Shown here piece after piece: positions 1 through 7,753 of a stretch of DNA of 35,725 nucleotides. Source of the DNA: a virus; the IMG/VR virus record IMGVR_UViG_3300044537_000214; one strand, written 5' to 3'. The notes under the pieces are model-generated. The model was not told where the DNA came from. It ran no database searches and saw nothing but the letters and a program-made list of their open reading frames with translations. The position numbers and the translations under genes were made by a program. How positions within the stretch are numbered: the first letter of the stretch is position 1; every line of letters begins with the position of its first letter.

Positions 1-127
1 CTGATCGTTTTGAATTCCAATTAGTTAAACATGGAATTCATACCGAAATAGATGACTTACATGTTTATCCAGATGAGGAATGATAAATTGATGGGCAATT
101 GTTGAATGAGCAATCCTTGATAAAAAT
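1..127. repeat. Terminal direct repeat copy A; identical to 35599..35725, giving a circular-closure overlap
   Basis: I compared the two ends base by base. ctgatcgttttgaattcc...caatccttgataaaaat occurs at both ends. Positions 1..83 duplicate the 3' end and stop codon of the ArpU-family gene that ends at 35681. Confidence 0.95.
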
Positions 128-206
128 GTGATAATGGTATTGTCGAATGATTCGATGTTCATACAATAATTTCTACAGCTTATTTGTCCGAGATGACGTT
201 AAACTA

Positions 207-278
207 ATTTAAATCACCCTCAGGAGTCTAGCTATAGTGGCTAGGCTTTTGTATTATGTTTAGTTGGGTGATTTAAAT
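207..278 (+). promoter_or_regulatory. 13-bp perfect inverted repeat whose 3' arm covers the RBS and start codon of ORF 277..879
   Basis: atttaaatcaccc (207..219) is the exact reverse complement of gggtgatttaaat (266..278). The right arm contains the SD-like GGGTGA and the first two bases of the ATG at 277. An inner hairpin tctagc/gctagg is followed by cttttg. Confidence 0.5.
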
Positions 279-879
279 GAAAGAGTATATGAAAAATATT
301 ACTTTAGTTTGTATTGCAATATTATTAGGAGCAATTATTTTTGATGCTTTACCATATTCATCAGAAAAATATGGTACTTTGGCAGATTGGATGGGTGGGA
401 TCGGTACAGTAGCGGCAGTTGTAGTCGCTTTGTTCTTTAATTATTATGGAATCTTGAGACAAGATGCTGATAGCCTTCGTAAAGAACTTAAAGAATTTAC
501 TAATAAGCTCGATCAAGAGCAAGAGAAAAGAATGACTTTACTCGAAAATTTGGCAGAATGTCTAAAATTTATTAGCAATGATAAAAACGATTTGGTTTCT
601 AAAAAAGAGTATTTAAAAGCAATAATTCCAACTCTTAAAGAAACTCGAAAAGATTTATTAAATGATCCGCTAACTCAATACAAGACTAATAAAATTATCG
701 AAAAAATAAATAATAACAATCTTCTTGATGAAAAAACTATTTTAGAATTAAGTAAAGAAATGGCTTTAATAGTAGAATCATATAAAGAATTGGTAAAGGT
801 AGAACAAAGTAAAATTAAGGAAGAAGTGAAGAAATTTAACGAGAAATACAATAGTTTGGCAAAAAAAGCCAAAGTGTAA
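277..879 (+). CDS. Hypothetical membrane-anchored coiled-coil protein; moron-like accessory gene
   Basis: 200-aa ORF with two N-terminal hydrophobic helices (ITLVCIAILLGAIIF, GGIGTVAAVVVALFF). The rest is a K/E/L-rich helical tail. It is visibly more AT-rich than the flanking genes and sits between the late regulator and terS. Confidence 0.7.
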   Translation: MKEYMKNITLVCIAILLGAIIFDALPYSSEKYGTLADWMGGIGTVAAVVVALFFNYYGILRQDADSLRKELKEFTNKLDQEQEKRMTLLENLAECLKFISNDKNDLVSKKEYLKAIIPTLKETRKDLLNDPLTQYKTNKIIEKINNNNLLDEKTILELSKEMALIVESYKELVKVEQSKIKEEVKKFNEKYNSLAKKAKV

Positions 880-912
880 AAGAACCAATAGAATAAATTA
901 GTTAATTAGGAG

Positions 913-1344
913 GTGAGTAGTATTACTAAAAAATTAACACAGAAGCAACAACGATTTGTCGATGAGTACATTATTTCGGGTAATGCTACTCAGGCGGCGA
1001 TCAAAGCTGGATATTCTAAGAAGACGGCCGCTGTTACCGCAACCGAAAACCTAAGAAAACCTAATATTAAAGCTGCTATTGAAAAACGCAACGAAGAAAT
1101 CAAGTCCGAAAAGACTGCAGACATGACCGAGGTGATGGAATATCTTACTTCAGTTATGCGTGGTGAGCAAACAGAATCAGTTGCTACTGCTAAAGGTGTT
1201 TATGAAGACGTTGAAGTATCAGCAAAAGATCGCATTAAAGCGGCTGAATTAATCGGTAAGCGTCACGGCGCATGGACTGATAAAAAAGTTATTTCTGGCG
1301 ATGTTCAGATTGATGTGGGAATGGGTGATTATGATGATGAATAG
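913..1344 (+). CDS. terS: Terminase small subunit (Terminase_2-like)
   Basis: The N-terminus KKLTQKQQRFVDEYIISGNATQAAIKAGYS is the HTH signature of Firmicute phage small terminases, and the gene lies directly upstream of terL. The start is ambiguous: GTG at 913 abuts the SD, while ATT at 922 is ideally spaced. Confidence 0.85.
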   Translation: MSSITKKLTQKQQRFVDEYIISGNATQAAIKAGYSKKTAAVTATENLRKPNIKAAIEKRNEEIKSEKTADMTEVMEYLTSVMRGEQTESVATAKGVYEDVEVSAKDRIKAAELIGKRHGAWTDKKVISGDVQIDVGMGDYDDE

Positions 1345-1359
1345 AAAGAAGGTGATACC

Positions 1360-1464
1360 ATGCCAAACATCAAACTAAATTTTCCTAACCCATACAACGT
1401 TTTCAATAAACAAATTTTTGATAACTTGTTTGATTACAGTCATTTCGTTGAGGTTTGGTACTGA
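1360..1464 (+). CDS. terL: Terminase large subunit, N-terminal 34 codons in a different frame from the main ORF
   Basis: ATG at 1360 is preceded by GAAGGTGA. It translates as MPNIKLNFPNPYNVFNKQIFDNLFDYSHFVEVWY and stops at TGA 1462..1464. The main TerL frame opens at 1452. Confidence 0.7.
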   Translation: MPNIKLNFPNPYNVFNKQIFDNLFDYSHFVEVWY

Positions 1465-2639
1465 CTTATGGCGGTGCATCTTCTGGTAAATCTCATGGTG
1501 TGGTACAGAAAGTTGTACTTAAATCACTCCAACACTGGAAACATCCACGTAAAGTGCTATGGCTTCGGAAAGTTGATCGAACAATTCAAGAATCAATCTT
1601 TGCAGATGTAATTGATTGTCTATCTAATTGGCAACTTCTACCTCTGTGTAGAGTAAATAAATCAAACCGTACTATTCATTTACCGAATGGTGCGGTTTTC
1701 TTATTTAAAGGGATGGATGATCCGGAAAAGATTAAGTCAATTAAAGGATTGTCTGATGTGGTGATGGAAGAAGCATCTGAGTTTAATCAAGATGATTTTA
1801 CGCAGCTTACTCTTCGTCTACGTGAACCTAAACATAAGAAACGACAATTGTTCTGTATGTTTAATCCAGTTAGCAAGTTGAACTGGACATATAAGCAATG
1901 GTTTGATCCAAAAGCAAGGGTTGATCCGGAACGAGTATCAATTCACCAATCAACTTACAAGGATAATCACTTTTTGGACGCTGATAACATTGCAACGATT
2001 GAGAACTTAAAACAAACCAACCCGGCCTACTATAAAATCTATACGCTGGGCGAGTTTGCTACATTGGATAAGTTGGTCTTTCCTACCTTTACTAAGCGAC
2101 GATTATATCCGGAAGAACCACAGCTCCGTGATTTACCTGATTTGTTTGGCTTAGACTTTGGTTACAGCAATGATCCTTCCGCTTTTACTCATTCCAAGAT
2201 TGATATGAAAAATAAACGTTTCTATGTTCTTGAAGAATATGTCAAAAAAGGAATGCTCAATAATGAAATAGCCAATGTAATTAAAGAAATGGGTTATACC
2301 AAAGAAGTTATTACAGCTGATGCTGCAGAACCAAAGTCAATTGCTGAATTAAAGCGCGATGGGATCTACCGTATTCGACCAGCGAAGAAAGGACCGGATT
2401 CAATTATTCAAGGTATTCAATTCTTACAGCAGTTTGAATGGATTGTTGATGATCGTTGTGTCAAAACAATTGAAGAATTGGAAAACTATACATATAAGAA
2501 AGACCGAAAGACTGGTGAATATATCAATGAACCTGTTGATGCTTACAACCACTGCATTGATAGTTTGAGATATGGAAGTTCTGAATATAACGGAATGGCT
2601 AGTCCAAAGGCAACTGTAATGAAAAATATTTATATTTAG
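1455..2639 (+). CDS. terL: Terminase large subunit (PBSX/Terminase_3-like), main ORF
   Basis: Walker A YGGASSGKSHG lies at the very start of the ORF, and Walker B-like VVMEEASE follows. A C-terminal nuclease region is present (DFGYSNDPSA...ADAAEPKSI...YNHCIDSLRY). There is no SD in front of the TTG at 1455. Confidence 0.9.
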   Translation: MVLTYGGASSGKSHGVVQKVVLKSLQHWKHPRKVLWLRKVDRTIQESIFADVIDCLSNWQLLPLCRVNKSNRTIHLPNGAVFLFKGMDDPEKIKSIKGLSDVVMEEASEFNQDDFTQLTLRLREPKHKKRQLFCMFNPVSKLNWTYKQWFDPKARVDPERVSIHQSTYKDNHFLDADNIATIENLKQTNPAYYKIYTLGEFATLDKLVFPTFTKRRLYPEEPQLRDLPDLFGLDFGYSNDPSAFTHSKIDMKNKRFYVLEEYVKKGMLNNEIANVIKEMGYTKEVITADAAEPKSIAELKRDGIYRIRPAKKGPDSIIQGIQFLQQFEWIVDDRCVKTIEELENYTYKKDRKTGEYINEPVDAYNHCIDSLRYGSSEYNGMASPKATVMKNIYI

Positions 2640-2650
2640 GTGGTGATTGA

Positions 2651-4033
2651 ATGTCAGAAATTAAAGGGCAAGTAGTTGAAGGAAACGTGTTTATCTATCC
2701 TAAAGACGATGAAATGACAATGCCAGACTTGCTTAAATTTATTAGTAAGAATAAAAGCTTGGCAGAAGAATATAAGCATAACCTTAAAATGTATAAAGGT
2801 AATCATGATATCTTAACCAAGCAACCACGACAGTTTGGACCAGATAATAAGTTGGTGGCCAACCTGCCACATTATATTGTTGATACGTACAATGGTTTCT
2901 TTGCGGGTATTCCGCCTAAGGTAACGCTGGATGATAAAGAAACTAATAGCTTATTGCAAGAATGGAACGATGAGAATTCATTACAAGATAAATTAAGTGA
3001 GATTAGTAAGCAAGCGGACATCTTCGGACGGTCACTTGCTTTTGTTTATCAAGACGAAGATAGTCAAACACGGATTGCCTATTCATCCCCAGTGGATTCT
3101 TTCATGGTTTACGATGATACAGTATCACGACAACCGCTGGCTTTTGTTCGCTATTGGAAGAATACAGATAGTGTTCAAGTCGGAATGGTTTACTACAGTG
3201 ACAAGACTATTTCCTTTGAAGGTAGTAAGTTCGTAGATGAGACAACTAATCCTTATGGTTTAGTCCCGGCCGTTGAGTTTTACGGTAACGAAGAAAGACA
3301 AGGTGTTTTTGATAATGTTAAAACGCTGATTGATGAGTTAGACCGGGTATTATCGCAAAAAGCTAATCAGGTTGAGTATTTTGATAATGCTTATTTAAAA
3401 ATCCTAGGAGTAGACCTAGATCAGGATGGTGATGGTAAACCGGATGCGGATTTAATTGGTAACCAGATGATTTATAGTCCGGATGCTGATGCTACTAATG
3501 CAACTGTTGACTTTATCAGTAAGCCTGATGGAGATAACATGCAAGAACACATTATTGATCGTCTAGTCTCAATGATTTATCAAATTAGCATGGTGGCCAA
3601 TCTTAACGATGAGGCCTTTGCCGGCAATAGTTCTGGTGTTGCTCTGCAATATAAACTCTTGCCAATGCGGAATATGGCCTCGAATAAAGAACGTAAATTT
3701 CGACAAGCTTTGCGGCGTTTATACCGAATTGTGTTTAGTGTCGGTCAAGTATTGCCTGAGGTACATTCAGAGGACTGGAGAGAGCTTAAATTTACTTTCA
3801 AGAGGAATTTACCAGATGACATTTCAAACGATGCAGACATCGCTCGGAAGTTACAGGGGATGGTATCAAAAGAAACACTATTGTCTATTTTGCCATTTGT
3901 TGACGATCCTCAAGAGGAAATCAAACGGATTAGTAAAGAGAAACAAGAGGATATGCAACAAGCTCTTAAATATGGCCCTGCCGCATTAGACCAAGATAAG
4001 CCGGACGGTGATAAAGATGGCGATGTCGAATAG
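2651..4033 (+). CDS. Portal protein (SPP1 Gp6-like)
   Basis: 460 aa, positioned after terL. It has motifs typical of Gp6-type portals (PDNKLVANLPHYIVDTYNGFF) and an acidic C-terminus. Confidence 0.9.
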   Translation: MSEIKGQVVEGNVFIYPKDDEMTMPDLLKFISKNKSLAEEYKHNLKMYKGNHDILTKQPRQFGPDNKLVANLPHYIVDTYNGFFAGIPPKVTLDDKETNSLLQEWNDENSLQDKLSEISKQADIFGRSLAFVYQDEDSQTRIAYSSPVDSFMVYDDTVSRQPLAFVRYWKNTDSVQVGMVYYSDKTISFEGSKFVDETTNPYGLVPAVEFYGNEERQGVFDNVKTLIDELDRVLSQKANQVEYFDNAYLKILGVDLDQDGDGKPDADLIGNQMIYSPDADATNATVDFISKPDGDNMQEHIIDRLVSMIYQISMVANLNDEAFAGNSSGVALQYKLLPMRNMASNKERKFRQALRRLYRIVFSVGQVLPEVHSEDWRELKFTFKRNLPDDISNDADIARKLQGMVSKETLLSILPFVDDPQEEIKRISKEKQEDMQQALKYGPAALDQDKPDGDKDGDVE

Positions 4034-5858
4034 TGATTACTGGAAGAAACGAGAAGATGAAGAACGAAAGTGGCAAAAGAAAAATATTGCTAGTGATGAA
4101 GCTTTTAATCGTTTAATTGAAAGATACTATAATCAGGCTATCTCACAAATCAATAAAGAAATAGATCATCAGTATCAATCTCTCGCTAAGTCTGTGGGTG
4201 GTCTTAGTAATGCTTATTCTACCGTTAACATGACTGATATTGCTGATTATGAAGCTGAGGCTCAAAAGTTAGTTATGCAAGCTGCTCAAATGAGAGCGCA
4301 AGGTAAGAAAGTTACTTATGGTTCATTCAGCGATGATGTCAATCGGCGAATGAAGATCTACAATGCAACCATGCGAATTAATAGATTGGAGTATCTTAAA
4401 AGCCAGGTTGGATTGCATCTTACTGAAGCTAACATGAACATTGAAAATGCCACTCGATTGAAGTTAACCGACAGCTATATCAATGAGGTTAAACGGCAAA
4501 GTGGTATTCTTGGACGTAATCTTAAATTTAATAATGCTTTAATTGAAGATGATAACGTTGCTAAAATCATTATGGCTCAAACTGCTGGAGCAAACTGGAG
4601 TCAGCGATTATGGCTTAACCAAGATGCGCTAAAGGCTCAATTAGACACGATACTTTCAACAGGATTTATAACTGGTCAAAGCAATCAAGCAATGGCCCGT
4701 CAGTTGCGCAATCAGATTAAGAGTACAATTAATAATCATGCATATGTTGCCGAGAGATTAGTGAGAACCGAAACGGCACGTGTTCAATATAAAGCACAAA
4801 TTGATAGTATCAAGGCTGCTGATTATAAATATGTAAAATGGTATGCTGAACCTGGAGCTTGTCGTGTTTGCCAACGAATTGCTGATAATGATGAATATGA
4901 TCTTGGCTATGGTGTGTTTCCAGTGGATGAAGTTCCTCAAATTCCAATTCATCCTAATTGTCGTTGTAGTATTAGTGCTTATTGGGTTGAGGGCAAGGAT
5001 AATTTAGGTAAAAATAGTAGTAAGAAAACTTCTGAGTCATCAGATAAAGATAACTTTCAGAAGCTGATGGATACTGATATTACTAAGTTGAAGAAAGATG
5101 ATATTGAATATCTTGGCAAAGCAATTAATGAAAAATACCATATCGATAGAATGCTAGGTGATAAAGACGGAATTGCTAAAATTATTGCCAATTATCGTCA
5201 AGTTGGTGGTACGGTTGAAAAGAGTCAGTGGATGCCACGGTCAAATGCAAGTGTGAAGAAAGCATTAAATGAAGCTTTTAATCACTACCCCAGTGACTGG
5301 GTTAATTATTTAAATAATGGCGAATTTATGTATGCTGGTAAAAATCAGCGTGGATTTTATACAAGACATTATGTTGATGCACGTGGTAGATTTAAGGCAC
5401 CTTCAACAATAAAGACCCAGTCTGACATTCCAAAATATCTTCAAGATGATAAAGCTGGTAAATATAATACAATCTTTTCATCGGGTCGTCCTACTACAGC
5501 TTGGCATGAGTTAGGCCACTTCGTTGAAACTCATAATGAAGATGTTGAAAGGATCGAAAGAGAGTTTCTTAAAGAGCGGACCAAAGGTGAACAGACAAGC
5601 CGGTTATATGATATTTACAATGGTTTTATTAATTACCGACTAAGTGAAATTACTAAGAAAGATAATTTTATTAATCCATATATCGGTAAAGAATATCCTA
5701 AAGGAACAGAAGTACTTTCGATTGGTTTGGAATCATTATTTGAGCCGGGAAAAGGACAATTAAAATCGATTGGCAAAGATGGTAAGAATAAATATGTTAA
5801 AATTAATGAAGATGAAGAATATTTGAATCTAATACTAGGATTATTATTAAAGGGGTGA
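4017..5858 (+). CDS. Head morphogenesis protein (SPP1 gp7 / Mu F-like) fused to a C-terminal HExxH putative metallopeptidase domain
   Basis: The N-terminal ~330 aa carry MuF hallmarks (RLVRTETARVQYKAQ, CRVCQ...HPNCRCS). A Ser/Lys-rich linker is encoded around 5008..5050. The ~270-aa C-terminal domain contains WHELGHFVE (HELGH encoded at 5505..5519). The start may be 4008, 4017 or 4023. Confidence 0.85.
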   Translation: MAMSNSDYWKKREDEERKWQKKNIASDEAFNRLIERYYNQAISQINKEIDHQYQSLAKSVGGLSNAYSTVNMTDIADYEAEAQKLVMQAAQMRAQGKKVTYGSFSDDVNRRMKIYNATMRINRLEYLKSQVGLHLTEANMNIENATRLKLTDSYINEVKRQSGILGRNLKFNNALIEDDNVAKIIMAQTAGANWSQRLWLNQDALKAQLDTILSTGFITGQSNQAMARQLRNQIKSTINNHAYVAERLVRTETARVQYKAQIDSIKAADYKYVKWYAEPGACRVCQRIADNDEYDLGYGVFPVDEVPQIPIHPNCRCSISAYWVEGKDNLGKNSSKKTSESSDKDNFQKLMDTDITKLKKDDIEYLGKAINEKYHIDRMLGDKDGIAKIIANYRQVGGTVEKSQWMPRSNASVKKALNEAFNHYPSDWVNYLNNGEFMYAGKNQRGFYTRHYVDARGRFKAPSTIKTQSDIPKYLQDDKAGKYNTIFSSGRPTTAWHELGHFVETHNEDVERIEREFLKERTKGEQTSRLYDIYNGFINYRLSEITKKDNFINPYIGKEYPKGTEVLSIGLESLFEPGKGQLKSIGKDGKNKYVKINEDEEYLNLILGLLLKG

Positions 5859-6088
5859 TTATTGTGAGTAAATTGAATGCTGAGTTAAAGAATTTAAAAG
5901 AAGCCCATGATAATTACGAAAAGAAATTTGGCGTTGGTAGTCTTGATAATGCTATTTCTTATTTTGATCCAGTAAACCCAGATATTCATAATATTCAAGA
6001 AGGCATTAAAATCTTGAATGATGCAATTAGAAGTGGGAAGCCTTTACCAAAGCTTTCAAAAGAAATGCAATCAGATATTATCTATTAA
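5855..6088 (+). CDS. Small hypothetical protein immediately downstream of the MuF-HExxH gene; candidate partner or immunity protein
   Basis: 77-aa ORF overlapping the MuF stop codon. A more likely start is the GTG at 5864, which follows AAGGGGTG. It is followed directly by a terminator. Confidence 0.6.
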   Translation: MIIVSKLNAELKNLKEAHDNYEKKFGVGSLDNAISYFDPVNPDIHNIQEGIKILNDAIRSGKPLPKLSKEMQSDIIY

Positions 6089-6117
6089 ACATTCAGATTA
6101 ATTCTGAGTGTTTTTTA
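6088..6117 (+). terminator. Rho-independent terminator inside the structural module
   Basis: Stem aacattcaga / ttctgagtg(t) with a ttaa loop, followed by TTTTTT (6111..6116). Confidence 0.7.
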
Positions 6118-6271
6118 TTTTCTTAATTAAATTATTTTCAAAGAGGATCCTTTATTTTCAAGGGTTCTCTTTTTTCGTAACTAAATTATGTCCGTTCCGT
6201 GTGTAGTGGACGTTAAACAAAACCCGAGCAGTCTCCCAGGACATTAAATGCGAGTAAAGGAGGTCCACAAC

Positions 6272-6874
6272 ATGGACGAAAATAACAACACTGAAGTTCA
6301 AGAACCACAAGTTACTGATCAACCAAAGGATACTGGTACCGATCCAAAGGAAGATAACAAATTAGATGGTGACAAATTAGTTAAGAAACTTCAAAAACGA
6401 ATTGGTAAGGAACAGAACGAGAAGCATTCTCTCCAAGAACGGTTAGATAAGGCTAATGCGAAAATTAAAGAGCTTCAATCTGGCAAGGCAAATAAAGATT
6501 CATTAGATATAGAGGCAACTATGTCAAAAGAAAGCGAGAAAGATAAAGAAATCGCTTCTCTTCGTGCTCAAATTGCCCGCCGTGACAATATTAAGCAAAC
6601 AGATGAAGTCTTTAAGGAAGCTGGTCTAACTGTTAGTGATGATGTGCTCAACATGGTTGTAGTTGATGACGAAAAACAAACTTATGCAAATGTTCAAGCA
6701 CTAATTAAATACACTAATCAAATTCAAAGTGGAGTTAAGAAGGACTTACTCAAAGGTTCTACACCTAGAACGAATGGCAAGCCAACAATGACTAAGGATG
6801 AAATCAACAAGATTAAGGATCCAATCAAACGGCAACAAGCCATTGCAGATAATTTAAGCCTATATCAGCATTAG
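6272..6874 (+). CDS. Capsid scaffolding protein
   Basis: AAGGAGG (6258..6264) precedes the ATG at 6272; the track start at 6248 lacks an SD. The N-terminus is acidic and is followed by coiled coil. The gene lies directly upstream of the capsid gene. Confidence 0.8.
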   Translation: MDENNNTEVQEPQVTDQPKDTGTDPKEDNKLDGDKLVKKLQKRIGKEQNEKHSLQERLDKANAKIKELQSGKANKDSLDIEATMSKESEKDKEIASLRAQIARRDNIKQTDEVFKEAGLTVSDDVLNMVVVDDEKQTYANVQALIKYTNQIQSGVKKDLLKGSTPRTNGKPTMTKDEINKIKDPIKRQQAIADNLSLYQH

Positions 6875-6886
6875 GAGGAATAATTT

Positions 6887-7753
6887 ATGGCAACAGAAAA
6901 TATTACTACATCAAAGGATTTAATTGCACAATCTATTGATTTTACAGAACGATTTACTGGTTCAATTAGTACTTTGCTTCAAGCAATGAACGTAACACGA
7001 ATGCAACCAATGGCTGTTGGTTCACAGATTAAGATTTACAAGTCAGAAGTAAGCAAGGCAGATGGTAACGTCGCTGAAGGTGAAGTTATTCCACTTAGCA
7101 AAGTAACTAAGAAGCTAGCTAGTACTAAGGAACTGGTTTATAAGAAGTACCGTAAGCAAACCACCGCTGAATCGATTCAATCAGCTGGTTTTGGTCCGGC
7201 TGTAAATGACACTGATAGTAAGTTACTTCGTGCTATTCAAGGTGATATTAAAAAGGATTTCTTTGATTTTGTTCAAACTGGTACTACTAAAACAGATGGA
7301 ACTGACTTTAAGAAAGCCGCTGCTCATGCACTTGGGCAATTAACAATTAAGTGGGAAGATGACGACGTTCAATCAGTTCTCTTTGCTAACCCACTAGATT
7401 TTTACGACTACTTGGGCGATTCAGATATCACTACTCAAACTGCTTTTGGTCTGACTTATATTCAAAACTACCTTGGTTTTAACGCCATTATTTTAACCGG
7501 TGCAATCAAACAAGGCACAATTGCTGCTACTGCTAGTCAAAACTTGAACTACGCTTATGCTGCAATGAATGGTAGTCTAAGCCAAGCATTTAACTTAACG
7601 ACCGATGAAACTGGTTTGATTGGTGTTGTTCATAATGCTCTGACCGAAAATGCCTCATATGAAACTATGTCACTGACTTCTGGCGTGCTATTCCCTGAAC
7701 GACTTGACGGCATTGTAGTTGCAACCATTGGTGAGGCTTCTGCGTCAAAATAA
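6887..7753 (+). CDS. Major capsid protein
   Basis: 288 aa with a strong RBS (AGGAGG). It lies between the scaffold and head-tail connector genes, and its composition is typical of siphovirus major head proteins. Confidence 0.85.
   Translation: MATENITTSKDLIAQSIDFTERFTGSISTLLQAMNVTRMQPMAVGSQIKIYKSEVSKADGNVAEGEVIPLSKVTKKLASTKELVYKKYRKQTTAESIQSAGFGPAVNDTDSKLLRAIQGDIKKDFFDFVQTGTTKTDGTDFKKAAAHALGQLTIKWEDDDVQSVLFANPLDFYDYLGDSDITTQTAFGLTYIQNYLGFNAIILTGAIKQGTIAATASQNLNYAYAAMNGSLSQAFNLTTDETGLIGVVHNALTENASYETMSLTSGVLFPERLDGIVVATIGEASASK

Noticed and set aside
1452-1464. Programmed -1 frameshift as the explanation for the TerL frame break
   Set aside because: There is no X_XXY_YYZ heptamer: G GTT TGG does not allow tRNA re-pairing. 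No downstream structure was noticed, and recoding is not known for this terminase family. An indel is more parsimonious. The break itself is reported as a finding.
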